64,000 nucleotides of DNA from assembly GCA_963716175.1 (NCBI GenBank), contig OY970296.1, positions 2,624,001-2,688,000 on the forward strand, written 5' to 3'. The notes below the pieces were generated by a model. It was not told the origin of the DNA, made no database searches, and saw only the letters and a program-made list of their open reading frames with translations. The position numbers and the translations under genes are program-made. This DNA is from an uncultured Armatimonadetes bacterium (GTDB taxonomy: Bacteria > Armatimonadota > Hebobacteria > Hebobacterales > Hebobacteraceae). Below, in pieces: positions 29,051 to 40,146 of this stretch. Each line of letters opens with the position of its first letter. Position 1 is the stretch's first letter.

Positions 29051-30106
29051 TTGGCGGAGGCCGGCGGCGAGGGCACCCAGCGCTATGTTGGCGTTGATAT
29101 CGGCGGCACCAACATCCGCGCCGGGATAGTGGATGAGGCCGGGCACATCCTGGGCGAGGCCCGTCGGCCCGCGCTCGCCGAAAATGGCCTGCGCGCGGCG
29201 GTGGAGCGCGCGATTGCAGCCATCGAGGAAGCCCTCGAGAACGCCGGCTTCACCGCCAAGGAAGTGCGGAGCATCGGGCTGGGGGTGGCCGGCGCGCTTC
29301 GTTCGCAGGAGGGTATCTGCGTCTACTCCCCGAACTTCGCCGACTCCCGGGGGGTCCCGATCTTGCCTCCCATCCGCGCTGCCCTGGGGCTGCCGGTCTT
29401 CATGTTGAACGATGTGGCGGTGCAGACTCTGGGCGAGCACGTCTTTGGCGCCGGGCGGGGCTGTGATCATATGGTGATGGTGGCGCTGGGGACCGGCATC
29501 GGAGGCGGCGCCATCATTGACGGGGCCCTGCGCATCGGCCCCACCGAGGGCTTCGCGGAAGTGGGCCATATGACTATCGAGCCCGAGGGGCCTTTCTGCG
29601 GCTGCGGCAACCGGGGCTGCTGGGAGGCCCTGGCCGGGCGAGATGCCATCGTGCGGCGCGCCATCGCCAAGATCCAGCAGGGGCGGCAGAGCAGCGTCGC
29701 CGAGCTGGTGGATTACCGCCTGGGCTCGATCACCCCGGCGCTCATCGCCCGCTGCGCCGAGCAGGGCGACGCCGCCGCGCTCGAGGTGCTGGGAGAGACC
29801 GGCCATTACCTCGGCATCGGCATCGCCAATCTGATCCAGCTCTACAACCCCGAGGTGCTGGTGGTCGGCGGCGGCATCGCCCAGGCCGGGCGCGTGCTGT
29901 TCGAGCCCATTCTCCGCACGGTCCGCGCCCGCGCGCACATGGTCCCGGCCTCCACCTGCCGCATCGTTCCCTCCCAGCTCGCCGATGATGCCGGCATCAT
30001 CGGCGCCGCCGTGCTGGCAGCGCGAGAGCTGGCGCGCGCCCAATCCGAGCCCTCTCCCGCCTCTGCTTCAGACCCAAACCCGGGCCCGGAGGGAGTGCTG
30101 TCCTGA
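29051..30106 (+). CDS. ROK family sugar kinase (glucokinase-like)
   Basis: GVDIGGT, ND, GTGIGGG, EVGH, CGCGNRGCWEA. TTG start after GGAGG. Confidence 0.9.
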   Translation: MAEAGGEGTQRYVGVDIGGTNIRAGIVDEAGHILGEARRPALAENGLRAAVERAIAAIEEALENAGFTAKEVRSIGLGVAGALRSQEGICVYSPNFADSRGVPILPPIRAALGLPVFMLNDVAVQTLGEHVFGAGRGCDHMVMVALGTGIGGGAIIDGALRIGPTEGFAEVGHMTIEPEGPFCGCGNRGCWEALAGRDAIVRRAIAKIQQGRQSSVAELVDYRLGSITPALIARCAEQGDAAALEVLGETGHYLGIGIANLIQLYNPEVLVVGGGIAQAGRVLFEPILRTVRARAHMVPASTCRIVPSQLADDAGIIGAAVLAARELARAQSEPSPASASDPNPGPEGVLS

Positions 30107-30472
30107 ACTCTCCGCGGGTCCGCGTATGCGCCCTGGTGAGGCCGCTTCACGTTTCGCGCAGCCATGGCAGCAGTGTTCGTGGAACAGACAAGGCAAATGC
30201 GGCAGCGTGCACGCCCGGCCGGTTTGCCGTAATCCACGCCAGGGTGCTGCCTCTCAGCGCAAGCCGATTGGTGTGAGGTGTGGGGCTCGGAACACACATC
30301 AGTGAGCTTTCTGCACCAATTTCACCCCCATGGCATTGTTGTGATGCAGGAAGCTCCTTGGTGTGTTACAATGAACAAGGCGGTTTCCAGCGCTCCCTCG
30401 TCAGGGAAGCATGGGGGCGGGAGCGCGCCTGCCACCGTTCGCATGTGAGGCAGGCGTCGAGGAGAATCTGCA

Positions 30473-32389
30473 TTGGCGCGGTTTTTCAGAATCATGAGCT
30501 GGATTGCCCTGGTGGCCGTGGCGGTCATCTTTCTCCAGCAATCCGTTCAGAAGCGGGAGGCCAAGTCCACTCTCGATTTCACCACCTTCATGCGTGATGT
30601 CGAGCAGAACAAGGTCACCAAGCTGGTGATATATCCCAAGAACCGGGCGGAGGGTGAGTACCTCGCCGCCGGCAACAGGCTGGCGAAGTACGTGGTCACC
30701 CTTCCGGACGATGAGAGGCTGTACATCCCCACGGCCCTCGATCACGGCGTCGCCATCACCAAGGAGCAACCCTCCATTTCCGATTTCTGGGTGAGCAGCA
30801 TCTTCTATCTGCTGATCACCGGTCTCTTGATCCTGGGGTTCTGGATCTTCGTGGTCCGCCAGACCCAGAGCACGGGCAGCCAGGCCCTATCCTTCGGCCG
30901 CAGCCGGGCGCGCCGCAACCCCGAGACCGGCCCCAAGGTCACCTTCGACGATGTCGCGGGCGTGGATGAGGCGAAGGCCGAGCTGATGGAGGTGGTGGAA
31001 TTCCTGAAGAACCCGCGCAAGTTCCAGGCCCTCGGGGCGCGGATTCCCAAGGGTGTGCTGCTGGTGGGGCCTCCCGGATCCGGCAAGACGCTGATCGCCC
31101 GGGCGATCGCGGGTGAAGCGGGAGTTCCGTTCTTCCACATGAGCGGCTCGGAGTTCGTGGAGATGTTCGTGGGTGTGGGGGCGTCCCGGGTGCGCGATCT
31201 GTTCGAGCAAGCCAAGGCCAATCGCCCCTGCATCGTCTTCATTGATGAGATCGACGCGGTCGGCCGGCAGCGGTTCGCCGGCCTGGGTGGAGGGCACGAC
31301 GAGCGAGAGCAGACCCTCAACCAACTGCTGGTGGAGATGGACGGCTTCGATCCCAACTCCGGCGTGATCTTGATCTCGGCCACCAACCGGCCCGATGTGC
31401 TGGATCCTGCGCTGCTGCGGCCGGGCCGCTTCGACCGCCATATCCAGATGGACAACCCCGACCTGCGGGGGCGGGCGGCGATTCTGGGTGTCCACGTGAG
31501 AGGGAAGCCGCTGGAAGATGACGTGAATCTGGAGGTGCTGGCGCGGCGCACCCCGGGCTTTTCCGGGGCCGACATCGCCAACATGGTGAACGAGGCCGCG
31601 CTGCTCGCGGCGCGGCGCAATCGCACCAAGATTGCGATGATTGATTTCGAGGACTCTATCGAGCGCGTGGTGGCCGGACCGGAGCGCAAGAGCCGGATCA
31701 TGTCCGAGCACGAGAAGAAAGTGCTCGCCAACCACGAGGTGGGGCACGCGGTGCTGGCCGAGCTGCTGCCGCACGCCGATCCGGTGCACAAGGTCTCCAT
31801 CCTCCAGCGGGGCCTCGCCCTCGGCTACACCCTCCAGTTGCCGTCCGAGGACCGCTATATCATGAGCCGCACCGAGCTGAAGGACCGGATCACCGTCTTC
31901 CTGGGCGGGCGCGTCTCCGAGCAGCTTGCCTTCCAGGAGATGACCACCGGCGCCGCCGACGATCTGAAGAAGGCGACCGAGCTGGCCAGGCGCATGGTGA
32001 CCGACTTCGGCATGAGCGAGAACCTGGGGCCGATAGCGCTGGGCCGCCGCTACGAGCAGCCCTTCTTGGGCCGGGACATCATGGAGGACCGCAACTACTC
32101 CGAGCAAGTGGCCTCGGCCATTGATAAGGAAGTCTCCACCATCATCGAGGACTGCTACCAGCGGGCGAAGCAGCTCTTGGCCGAGCACGCCGACCAGGTG
32201 CGGTCGGTGGTGGCCGTGCTGCTCGAGAAGGAGACCCTCGGCGGGGAGGAGATTCGCGCCCTCATGCGCGGCGAGGAACTCCCCACCGCGCGCACCGAGG
32301 GCCCGGCGCCGCAGCCTGCTGCGCCCGCGCCGGTCAGCCCTCCCGCCGGCGGCGCGCCGCGCCCCGGCGAACAGCCCCATCCGGCATGA
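30473..32389 (+). CDS. ftsH: ATP-dependent zinc metalloprotease FtsH
   Basis: Two TMs, [30 protein letters not shown]. Confidence 0.97.
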   Translation: MARFFRIMSWIALVAVAVIFLQQSVQKREAKSTLDFTTFMRDVEQNKVTKLVIYPKNRAEGEYLAAGNRLAKYVVTLPDDERLYIPTALDHGVAITKEQPSISDFWVSSIFYLLITGLLILGFWIFVVRQTQSTGSQALSFGRSRARRNPETGPKVTFDDVAGVDEAKAELMEVVEFLKNPRKFQALGARIPKGVLLVGPPGSGKTLIARAIAGEAGVPFFHMSGSEFVEMFVGVGASRVRDLFEQAKANRPCIVFIDEIDAVGRQRFAGLGGGHDEREQTLNQLLVEMDGFDPNSGVILISATNRPDVLDPALLRPGRFDRHIQMDNPDLRGRAAILGVHVRGKPLEDDVNLEVLARRTPGFSGADIANMVNEAALLAARRNRTKIAMIDFEDSIERVVAGPERKSRIMSEHEKKVLANHEVGHAVLAELLPHADPVHKVSILQRGLALGYTLQLPSEDRYIMSRTELKDRITVFLGGRVSEQLAFQEMTTGAADDLKKATELARRMVTDFGMSENLGPIALGRRYEQPFLGRDIMEDRNYSEQVASAIDKEVSTIIEDCYQRAKQLLAEHADQVRSVVAVLLEKETLGGEEIRALMRGEELPTARTEGPAPQPAAPAPVSPPAGGAPRPGEQPHPA

Positions 32390-32790
32390 GCCGAGCAGCC
32401 CTAGCGCTAGGCTTCCTGCTGGTCTTGGTAGCCTCCGGGATGGCCTATTCCGTAGCGGTGGGCCTGGTGGCTAACGGGCAGCCGGTCGCGGCTGACGTTC
32501 CCCCGCAGATTGCCGGCGGCACCGTCTATCTGCCTCTGCGGGTCACAGCCGAGGCCTTGGGGTTGACGGTGGAATGGATCCCGGAGAGCCGCACCGTGGC
32601 TCTTTGCATCGGTGGTCGCTGCCGCCCCGTTCGCCTGGACGACCCGCAGACCGGCGCGAGAATCATCAACGGTCGCATCATGCTGCCCCTGCGTAAGGCC
32701 GCCGAGCTGCTGAGATGCGAAGTGGCGTGGGATGAAAAGCTCTTCGCCATCCGCGTCACTTCCCCAAAGAAGGCCCCTGGTCAGCGCTGA
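32386..32790 (+). CDS. Secreted copper amine oxidase N-terminal (stalk) domain protein
   Basis: Signal peptide, [26 protein letters not shown]...VAWD. Confidence 0.75.
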   Translation: MSRAALALGFLLVLVASGMAYSVAVGLVANGQPVAADVPPQIAGGTVYLPLRVTAEALGLTVEWIPESRTVALCIGGRCRPVRLDDPQTGARIINGRIMLPLRKAAELLRCEVAWDEKLFAIRVTSPKKAPGQR

Positions 32791-33875
32791 GGACCCAGCT
32801 CCTTCGCCACCTCCGCGAGCTGCTCCATGATGGGCAGCTTGTTCGGGCACTTGGGCTCGCAGGTCTCGCATCGGGTGCAGGCCTCGGCGCGCTTCTGCTC
32901 TTCCATATCGGCGTACTCCTTGCGCGCCCAGTCCGTCAGCCCGTAGACGCGGGCCATGTTGTAGAGGCGGAAGTTCGCCGGGATGTCCACCCCATTCGGG
33001 CAGTCCATGCAGTAGCCGCAGGCCGTGCAGAAGCGATTCCCGATGGCCGAGAACTCATCCAGGATCCGGTTCATGCGGGCGTGGTCCTCGGCGCTGGCGC
33101 CCTCGAAGGCTTCCACCGTAGAGACGTTCTCCTCCAGCATCTCCAGCGTATTCATCCCGGAGCAGGCGCAGCTCACGTCCGGGTTGGCCAGCACGAAGCG
33201 GAGAGCGGCCGCCGCGGTGGTGGCCGCGCCCCCTGGGATCAAGTGCTGCAGCTGCGGGGCGGGGCTGGCCAGCATCCCTCCGCCCACCGGGCACATCACC
33301 ACCACGCCCACCCCCAGCTCGCCGGCGCGCTTGATGGTTGGCGCATGCTCGCGCTCGAGCATGTTGTACGGGATGGTAAGGCTGCCGAAGAGGCCGGTCT
33401 CGATCAGCTTGGTGAAGTTCTCCGGCGCATCGTGCCCGGTGAACCCGATGTGGCCGATCAGACCTTCACCCCGGGCCTTGTGCAGGGCCTCGAGCGCGCC
33501 GCCCTTCTTGGTGAGCAGCTCCAGCTTGTCCAGGCTGAACCATCCCACCTGGAAGAACTCCAGGTAGTCCACCCCCAGGATCTGCATCTGCAGCTCCATC
33601 TCTTTGCGGTAGCTGTCCGCGGTGGTGTCAGCTCTGACTGCGGCCTTGCCCGAGACGATCAGCCCCCGGCTGCGGCCCTTCAACCCACCGGCCACCAGAT
33701 GCTGGCAGCGGCCGTTGATGTAGCCGCGCGTGGTTTCGAAGTAGTTGACGCCCGCGGCGATGGCGGCGTCCACGACCTGGGCTGACAGCTCCGGATCGTG
33801 CTCCGGTAGCCGCATGCATCCCATCGCCAGCGCGGATACCTGCAGCCCGGTCTTGCCGAGAGGACGGTACTTCAT
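32781..33875 (-). CDS. Aldo/keto reductase with C-terminal 4Fe-4S dicluster
   Basis: MKYRPLGKTGLQVSALAMGCMRLP, CTACGYCMDCP, CTRCETCEPKCP. Confidence 0.9.
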   Translation of the reverse strand: MKYRPLGKTGLQVSALAMGCMRLPEHDPELSAQVVDAAIAAGVNYFETTRGYINGRCQHLVAGGLKGRSRGLIVSGKAAVRADTTADSYRKEMELQMQILGVDYLEFFQVGWFSLDKLELLTKKGGALEALHKARGEGLIGHIGFTGHDAPENFTKLIETGLFGSLTIPYNMLEREHAPTIKRAGELGVGVVVMCPVGGGMLASPAPQLQHLIPGGAATTAAAALRFVLANPDVSCACSGMNTLEMLEENVSTVEAFEGASAEDHARMNRILDEFSAIGNRFCTACGYCMDCPNGVDIPANFRLYNMARVYGLTDWARKEYADMEEQKRAEACTRCETCEPKCPNKLPIMEQLAEVAKELGPQR

Positions 33876-34043
33876 CACACACCTCTTTTCCCACTCAGTG
33901 AAATCGCTCAGCTCCTCACGATTTCGACGTACCCACCGGGCTCTCCTGGCGTGCCGTGTCGGCTGCCTCATGATTCCCTGCAGGGTTCGCGGGCCGTGGG
34001 AGCACAAGAGGGGGCTGATGTCACGTGCTCGATAGGAGGTCAC

Positions 34044-34484
34044 ATGGACTACACAGCCGGCAGCCTCGGGCGGGTATTCGTGGCCCGCCTGCAAGATGGC
34101 GAATCGGTCTACGCCGCCGTGCACGAGATCGCACGCCGGGAGGCAGTTTCGTCGGCCCTGGTGTTAGCGCTGGGAGGCATGCGCAGCGGGAAGGTGGTCA
34201 CGGGCCCGGAGCGCCCGACCGGGAAAGTGGTGCCCCACATAGAGGCCTTCGATGACGCCCGCGAGCTGGCGGGGGTTGGCACGCTCTTCCCCCAGGAAGG
34301 CGCCCCCTCGCTGCACTTCCACGCCGCCATCGGCCGCGGCGATTCCGCCCTGGTCGGATGCCCGCGGGTGGAGATGTCTGTCTATCTCGTGCTCGAGGTC
34401 ATCATCATCGAGTTGCTGGGCATCAACGCGCAGCGGACACTGGACCTCGTTTCTGGTCTGCACCTGCTCAGCATCGTCGGGTAG
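34044..34484 (+). CDS. PPC domain (DUF296) protein
   Basis: GRVFVARL..GE, LHFHAAIGR, LEVII. AGGAGG RBS. Confidence 0.85.
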   Translation: MDYTAGSLGRVFVARLQDGESVYAAVHEIARREAVSSALVLALGGMRSGKVVTGPERPTGKVVPHIEAFDDARELAGVGTLFPQEGAPSLHFHAAIGRGDSALVGCPRVEMSVYLVLEVIIIELLGINAQRTLDLVSGLHLLSIVG

Positions 34485-34626
34485 TCCAGACGAGGAGAAC
34501 GGCCGACAGCCTGCGTCTGACCGGGAGGGACCGCCGGCCGCGGAGCGAACATATCGGAGCGCCTCCGCCATGGGCCGGCCGCGAGCGGCCTTGGGCGGAG
34601 GCGGTCGCTGTGGCGGAGGGAACCGC

Positions 34627-35787
34627 GTGAATCGCAATGTGAAGGTCGTGCTCGCCGTCTCGGTGCTCTTCGGCACTACCACCGGCATCTACGAGTTCGT
34701 CCTGCCCTACTACCTGAGGCAGCGGGGCATCTCATTCGAGAGCATGGGCGTCATCTTCGCCACCGCCGCCGCCGGTATGCTGGTGGTGCGAATCGCGATG
34801 GGCCGGCTGGCCAATCGCTGGGGCCGGAAGCTGTTCTACAGTCTCTCCCTGGGTGGAAGCGCGGTGGCCATGGGCCTCACCCCGCTCAGCGCGTCGGTCT
34901 GGGGGCTGTCGGTGCTGAAGACGCTGCGGGAGGCGATGGCTCTCACCCGCGACGTGCTTCACCCGGTGATCCTCTATGAGGAAAGCCGCGGCCAGTTCAT
35001 GAACTTCATCGGCAAGACCCGGGGCTTCGAGTTCCTCTTCCAGGCCGCGGGCACCGTGATCTCCGGGGTGACTTTCACCACGCTGGGGACCGGGGGAAAC
35101 CTGCTTCTGGCCGCAGGCCTGACGGCCTGCGCCTTCTTCGTGTTCTGGATCATCTTCCGGGAACGATGGATCCCCCATCAGCGCCTCGGTCCGGGCGGGC
35201 TGAGAGAGCTGCTTTCCTTCCACATGCACCGCAACCTCAAGATCATCACCCTCTCGATCTTCATCTTCAACATCGGCATGACTACCAGCCACTGCTTCAT
35301 CATGCCCCTTTTCTTCTCTGTGAAGTTCGGCGTGAGACCGGAGACGGTGGCCTGGGTGATGGTGGGACACCGGCTCACCATCGCGCTGCCCCTGCTGCTC
35401 GCCGGCACCATGGCGATGCGCAACCTCAAGGGTGTATACATCTTCGCGCTCAGCCTGGAGGGCGCGATCCAGGCGGCCTCGGCACTGATCCCGAACTTCT
35501 ATGGGGCGGCCTGGGTGTGGCTGCTGCACGATCTGCTGGGGGCTGGGGTCTGGATCCCGGTGCAGAACCTGATCATCCAGGAGCACACTCGGCCGGAGAA
35601 CCGCGCCCTGGAGGTGGGCAAGATTCTCGCCTTCAGCGGCACCGGCACCATCCTGGGCCCGTTCCTGGCAGGTTATCTCACACAGCAGGTCAGCATCAGC
35701 GCGCCCTACTTCGTCAGCGGAGTGGGGATGATGCTGGCCGTGATCCCTCTGGCGTGGCTGCGACTGGAGAGCCAGCAGCGGGCTTGA
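34627..35787 (+). CDS. MFS transporter
   Basis: GRLANRWGRK motif A and about 12 TMs. GTG start after GGAGG. Confidence 0.85.
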   Translation: MNRNVKVVLAVSVLFGTTTGIYEFVLPYYLRQRGISFESMGVIFATAAAGMLVVRIAMGRLANRWGRKLFYSLSLGGSAVAMGLTPLSASVWGLSVLKTLREAMALTRDVLHPVILYEESRGQFMNFIGKTRGFEFLFQAAGTVISGVTFTTLGTGGNLLLAAGLTACAFFVFWIIFRERWIPHQRLGPGGLRELLSFHMHRNLKIITLSIFIFNIGMTTSHCFIMPLFFSVKFGVRPETVAWVMVGHRLTIALPLLLAGTMAMRNLKGVYIFALSLEGAIQAASALIPNFYGAAWVWLLHDLLGAGVWIPVQNLIIQEHTRPENRALEVGKILAFSGTGTILGPFLAGYLTQQVSISAPYFVSGVGMMLAVIPLAWLRLESQQRA

Positions 35788-35790
35788 CGC

Positions 35791-35819
35791 TTGTACCCTC
35801 CCGCTGGATATGCTAGAAT
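35791..35819 (+). promoter_or_regulatory. Sigma70-type promoter of the valS leader
   Basis: TTGTAC-N17-TAGAAT with extended -10 TG. Confidence 0.65.
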
Positions 35820-35850
35820 CCGCTTGACGCTTGCACCAGCATCGGCAACG

Positions 35851-36105
35851 GCTGAGACGGGGAGGAGTACCTGCCCACCACCTGTCAGAGAGGCGGGCTC
35901 TTAGGCTGAAAGGCCCGTTCAGGCAGGAGCAGGGAAGGTCGCCTCGGAGCTGAACTGCGAAGTCCCGCCCAGGCGGACGAAGCAGTTCCGGGTACGCCCG
36001 TTAGCGCGCATGAGCCCTGCTCCGCTCCGGACAACGGAGCTTCGCAGGGGAATCAAGGTGGTACCACGAGATCCCTCTCGTCCTTGGACGGGAGGGTATT
36101 CGTTT
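35851..36105 (+). promoter_or_regulatory. T-box riboswitch (Val)
   Basis: AGTA, AGAGA and GCTGAA stem I motifs. Specifier GTC (Val) at 35938-35940, T-box AAGGTGGTACCACG at 36055-36068, terminator CCCTCTCGTCC/GGACGGGAGGG. Directly upstream of valS. Confidence 0.92.
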
Positions 36106-36164
36106 ATGTGGGGGCGGGGCAGGTCGCGGACCTGCCCTACGCGGAGGCCGGGAGGGAGGAGCAG

Positions 36165-38867
36165 ATGGGGAGAGCGGAGCTAGCCAAAGCCTATGAGCCG
36201 CACGAGGTGGAGCGGCGGTGGTATGAACACTGGCAGTCGCGCGGCTATTTCCGCCTGACCCCGGCGGCCGCGCGCCCGGGCGCGCCCGCCTTCTGCATCA
36301 CCATCCCTCCCCCCAATGTCACCGGGTCGCTGCATATGGGGCACGCCCTCCAGCACAGCATCCACGATGCTATCGCCCGCTGGCGCCGGCTGTGCGGAGA
36401 TCGGGTGCTGGTGGTCCCAGGCACCGACCACGCCGCCATCTCTACCAACATGAAGGTCGAGCAGGCGCTGGCCGAGGAGGGGGTCTCCCGCCGCGAGATC
36501 GGTCGGGAGGCCTTCCTGGAGCGCTGCTGGGATTGGACGCGCCGCTATGGAGGCGAGATCATCACCCAGCTCAAGGCCTTGGGCTGCTCTTACGACTGGG
36601 ATCGGGAGCGTTTCACCCTGGATGACGGCTACTACCGGGCCGTGCTCCTGGCTTTCGTGCACTTCTACCAGCGCGGCTGGATCTACCGGGGACACCGCGT
36701 GGTGAATTGGTGCCCGGCCTGCCTTTCCACGGTGTCCGACCTGGAGGTGGAGCACAGGGACCAGTCCGGCCATCTCTGGTACGTCCGCTATCCGCTCATT
36801 GGCGAGGAGGGCGCGGTGGTGGTTGCCACCACGCGACCAGAGACCATGCTCGGCGATACCGCGGTGGCGGTGCACCCCCAGGACGCGCGCTATCGCCACC
36901 TCCACGGCAAGCAGGTGATGCTGCCCCTGATGAACCGCCCCCTGCCCATCATCTGCGACGACGTGCTCGTGGACCCCAAGTTCGGCACGGGCGCGGTGAA
37001 GGTGACGCCGGCCCACGACCTCAACGACTTCGAGGCCGGTCAGCGCAACCAGCTCGCCTCAGTCGTCGTAATCGGCACCGATGCCAGGATGACGGCTGAG
37101 GCCGGGCCTTACGCCGGCCTCGACCGCTACCAGGCGCGGGAGCGAGTCCTCGCCGACCTCGAAGCTCAGGGGTTGCTGGAGAAGACCGAGGACTACACCT
37201 ATCCCGTGGGCCGTCACAACACCTGCCGCACGGTGCTGGAGCCGCTGCTCTCGGAGCAGTGGTTCCTGCGCATGGAGGAGCTGGCCCGTCTTGCCCTGGG
37301 GGTGCTGCGGGATGAGGGGCTACAGATCGAGTACCGGCCCGACCGCTTCCGCCGGTACACCCTGGACTGGCTGGAGAACCTGCGAGACTGGAACATCTCG
37401 CGCCAGATCTGGTGGGGGCACCGCATCCCGGTCTACTACTGCCGCCGCTGCCAGCGCACCCTGGTGCAGGTGGAGCCGCCCAGCCGGTGCGACCAGTGCC
37501 AGGGCGAGGTGGAGCAGGACCCCGACACCCTGGATACCTGGTTTTCCTCGGCACTGTGGCCCTTTGCCGTGCTCGGCTGGCCGGATCAGGATCAGCTCAG
37601 CGCGGCCAAGCAGGAGGGCATCTACCCCACGTCCCTGATGATCACCGCCCGCGACATCCTCTACCTCTGGATCGTGCGCATGGTCATGACCAGTCTGGAG
37701 TTCACGGGCGAGATTCCCTTCCACCAGGTGCTGGTCCATCCCACTGTGCTCAACTTGGAGGGCCGGCGGATGAGCAAGTCCCTGGGCACGGGCGTGGACC
37801 CGCTGGAGCTGATTGGCCAGTACGGCTCCGACGCCACCCGCTTCAGCCTGCTCTACCAGTGCGCCTCCGACCAGGACCTGCGGTTCAGCGAAGAGCGCAC
37901 CGAGATGGCGCGCAACTTCTGCAACAAGATCTGGAATGCCAGCCGGTTCGTGCTCATGAACCTGGGGGAGGATTTCAGCCCTGACCGCGATGCTCCAGAC
38001 CACATCAGAGCCGAGGGGTCGCTGGTCGAGCGCTGGGTTCTCAGCCGCTACCGCGCCATGCTCGCGGCGGTGCAGGCGGCCCTCGCCCAGTACGAGATGG
38101 CCGATGCCGCCCGCGCCATCTACACCTTCTTCTGGTCTGAGTTCTGCGACTGGTTTGTGGAGATGAGCAAACCGGCCCTAAGGGCAGGAGGGGCAGAGGC
38201 GGAGCGCGCCCGCCAGGCGCTCTGCTTCGTGCTGGAGGGCACGCTGCGCGCGCTGCATCCCTTCATGCCCTTCATCACGGAGGAGATCTGGCAGCAGCTT
38301 CCGGCGACAGGTGACTCCGTCATGGTCGCCTCCTGGCCGCAGGGCGATCTCTCCTGGCTGGACGAGCAGGCAGAGCGCGAGATGGAGGCGCTGATGCAAG
38401 TGGTAGTGGCGGCGCGGAAGCTGCGCGCCAGCCAGAACATACCGGCCGCGCGGAAGGTCAGCCTCACTATCGCCACCGGATCAGAGCCAGTGGGCCAGGT
38501 GCTGAAAGCCAACCAGGCGGCGGTGCTGCTGCTGACCGGGGGGCGGGAGCTGAGCCTGCCGCCGGATGGCGGCGCCCAGCCCACCCTGGCCGAGGTGGTC
38601 TACTGCCTCGGGGAGAGAGTCGTGGTCTCCGTCGCCGTGGAGGCGTCCGCGGAGGAGCTGTCCGCCCAGCGTGTCCGACTGGAGCGCGATCTGGCCCGCC
38701 TGCAGCAGGAGGAGGCACGCCTGGCTCAGAAGCTCCAGAGCGCTGAGTTCCTCGCCCGTGCCCCCCAGCCTGTGATTGAGCGCGCCCGTGGTCAGTACTC
38801 CGAGGTGCAAGCGCGCCGCAAGACGGCCGAGGCGCAGCTAGCAGGGATCCGGGAGGCTTTGGCCTGA
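36165..38867 (+). CDS. valS: Valine--tRNA ligase
   Basis: PPPNVTGSLHMGH, TTRPETMLGDTAV, DWNISRQIWWGH, RMSKS and a C-terminal coiled coil. Confidence 0.97.
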   Translation: MGRAELAKAYEPHEVERRWYEHWQSRGYFRLTPAAARPGAPAFCITIPPPNVTGSLHMGHALQHSIHDAIARWRRLCGDRVLVVPGTDHAAISTNMKVEQALAEEGVSRREIGREAFLERCWDWTRRYGGEIITQLKALGCSYDWDRERFTLDDGYYRAVLLAFVHFYQRGWIYRGHRVVNWCPACLSTVSDLEVEHRDQSGHLWYVRYPLIGEEGAVVVATTRPETMLGDTAVAVHPQDARYRHLHGKQVMLPLMNRPLPIICDDVLVDPKFGTGAVKVTPAHDLNDFEAGQRNQLASVVVIGTDARMTAEAGPYAGLDRYQARERVLADLEAQGLLEKTEDYTYPVGRHNTCRTVLEPLLSEQWFLRMEELARLALGVLRDEGLQIEYRPDRFRRYTLDWLENLRDWNISRQIWWGHRIPVYYCRRCQRTLVQVEPPSRCDQCQGEVEQDPDTLDTWFSSALWPFAVLGWPDQDQLSAAKQEGIYPTSLMITARDILYLWIVRMVMTSLEFTGEIPFHQVLVHPTVLNLEGRRMSKSLGTGVDPLELIGQYGSDATRFSLLYQCASDQDLRFSEERTEMARNFCNKIWNASRFVLMNLGEDFSPDRDAPDHIRAEGSLVERWVLSRYRAMLAAVQAALAQYEMADAARAIYTFFWSEFCDWFVEMSKPALRAGGAEAERARQALCFVLEGTLRALHPFMPFITEEIWQQLPATGDSVMVASWPQGDLSWLDEQAEREMEALMQVVVAARKLRASQNIPAARKVSLTIATGSEPVGQVLKANQAAVLLLTGGRELSLPPDGGAQPTLAEVVYCLGERVVVSVAVEASAEELSAQRVRLERDLARLQQEEARLAQKLQSAEFLARAPQPVIERARGQYSEVQARRKTAEAQLAGIREALA

Positions 38868-38961
38868 TTTCCGGCATCGGAATCAGGCAGAGAGTTTGGG
38901 CCAGCTCGGTAAATGGGAATCAATACAGCGGACGAGTGGCCGACGAGGGGCGTTTGAACCG

Positions 38962-40098
38962 GTGGATTATTCGACCTTCGACAGCTACATGACTTCCGTC
39001 ACCGCCGCCATATACTGGACGCTGGTGGCATGCTGGCTGTTCATCGTGGTCTTCTACGGGCGCCAGTACCTGCGTTTGAAGCGCGTCCATCCCATGCTCA
39101 CCACCTTGCTGATCGTCCTCTTCATTGATGGCAGCCGCACCCTGATCGAAAGCGTATACTTCGGTGTCCGCTACAGCGCCCAGGTGGGCATGCTGCGGTC
39201 CAGCCTCTACACCCTACTCAGCCACCCCTACTACGTGGCCATTCCCAAGGCGATCAACCTGGTCGCGGCTCTGGTGATCATCCTGGTGATTGTGCGCCGC
39301 TGGTTCTTCAGCCTGGAGCGGGAGGACCACCAGCGACGGGCGGCAGAGCAGTTTCGGTCAGAGCTGATCTCGCTCGCCTCCCACGAGCTGCGCGCGCCCC
39401 TCACCTCCATCCGGGGCTATGCCCATACTCTGGTGAGGGAGTTCGGCCGCCTGGGAGAGGAGACCCAGCGGGAGTTCCTGGAGGGCATCGCCTCCGAGTC
39501 GGAGCGGCTCAGCCACCTGGTCTCCGACCTGCTGGACATGAGCCAGATCGAGGAGGGGAAGCTGCGCATCGAGCGCCGCGCGGTCACCCCTCAGCAGCTC
39601 TGCGCAGAGGCCGTGCGCAGCGCCAGCCACCCCGATCTCAGGCATGTCTTCCGCACCGAAGTCGAACCCGGTCTGCCCGACGTGCTGGCCGACCCTGGGC
39701 GCATCCGCCAGGTGCTGGCCAACCTGGTCAGCAATGCCACCAAGTTCTCCCCGGAGGGGAGCGAGATCACGGTCGGGTCTCGCCGGAACCACGACTCGGT
39801 GGAGTTCTACGTCTCGGACCGCGGGGTCGGCATCCCGCGGGAGGAGCAGAGCAAGCTCTTCTCCCGGTTCCATCGCGCCGCCAACGCCCACAACCCGGAC
39901 GCCCCGGGCGCCGGGCTCGGCCTCTACATCAGCAAGGCGATCGTTGAGTCCCACGGCGGGAAGATGGGTTTCGAGAGCGAGCTGGGCCGGGGCAGCAGCT
40001 TCTCCTTTTTCCTGCCCACGGTGGAGGGGAAGGTGCGCGCCGAGGTGGCCGCACCCGTGGTCCGCGCCGGAAAAGCCGAGCGGGCCCGCGAGACCTGA
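38962..40098 (+). CDS. Membrane sensor histidine kinase
   Basis: Three N-terminal TMs, SHELRAPL, NLVSNATKF, DRGVG, GAGLGL. Start is uncertain (GTG 38962 or ATG 38989). Confidence 0.88.
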   Translation: MDYSTFDSYMTSVTAAIYWTLVACWLFIVVFYGRQYLRLKRVHPMLTTLLIVLFIDGSRTLIESVYFGVRYSAQVGMLRSSLYTLLSHPYYVAIPKAINLVAALVIILVIVRRWFFSLEREDHQRRAAEQFRSELISLASHELRAPLTSIRGYAHTLVREFGRLGEETQREFLEGIASESERLSHLVSDLLDMSQIEEGKLRIERRAVTPQQLCAEAVRSASHPDLRHVFRTEVEPGLPDVLADPGRIRQVLANLVSNATKFSPEGSEITVGSRRNHDSVEFYVSDRGVGIPREEQSKLFSRFHRAANAHNPDAPGAGLGLYISKAIVESHGGKMGFESELGRGSSFSFFLPTVEGKVRAEVAAPVVRAGKAERARET

Positions 40099-40146
40099 TC
40101 TCCATCCTTCGACACCGGCGCCGTGAAGAGCGCTGGGCCCTCGCCG

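Noticed and set aside
30107-30472. ncRNA or CIRCE operator upstream of ftsH
   Set aside because: There is no CIRCE consensus or recognisable RNA motif, only a plausible extended -10 (TGtTACAAT at 30364-30372).
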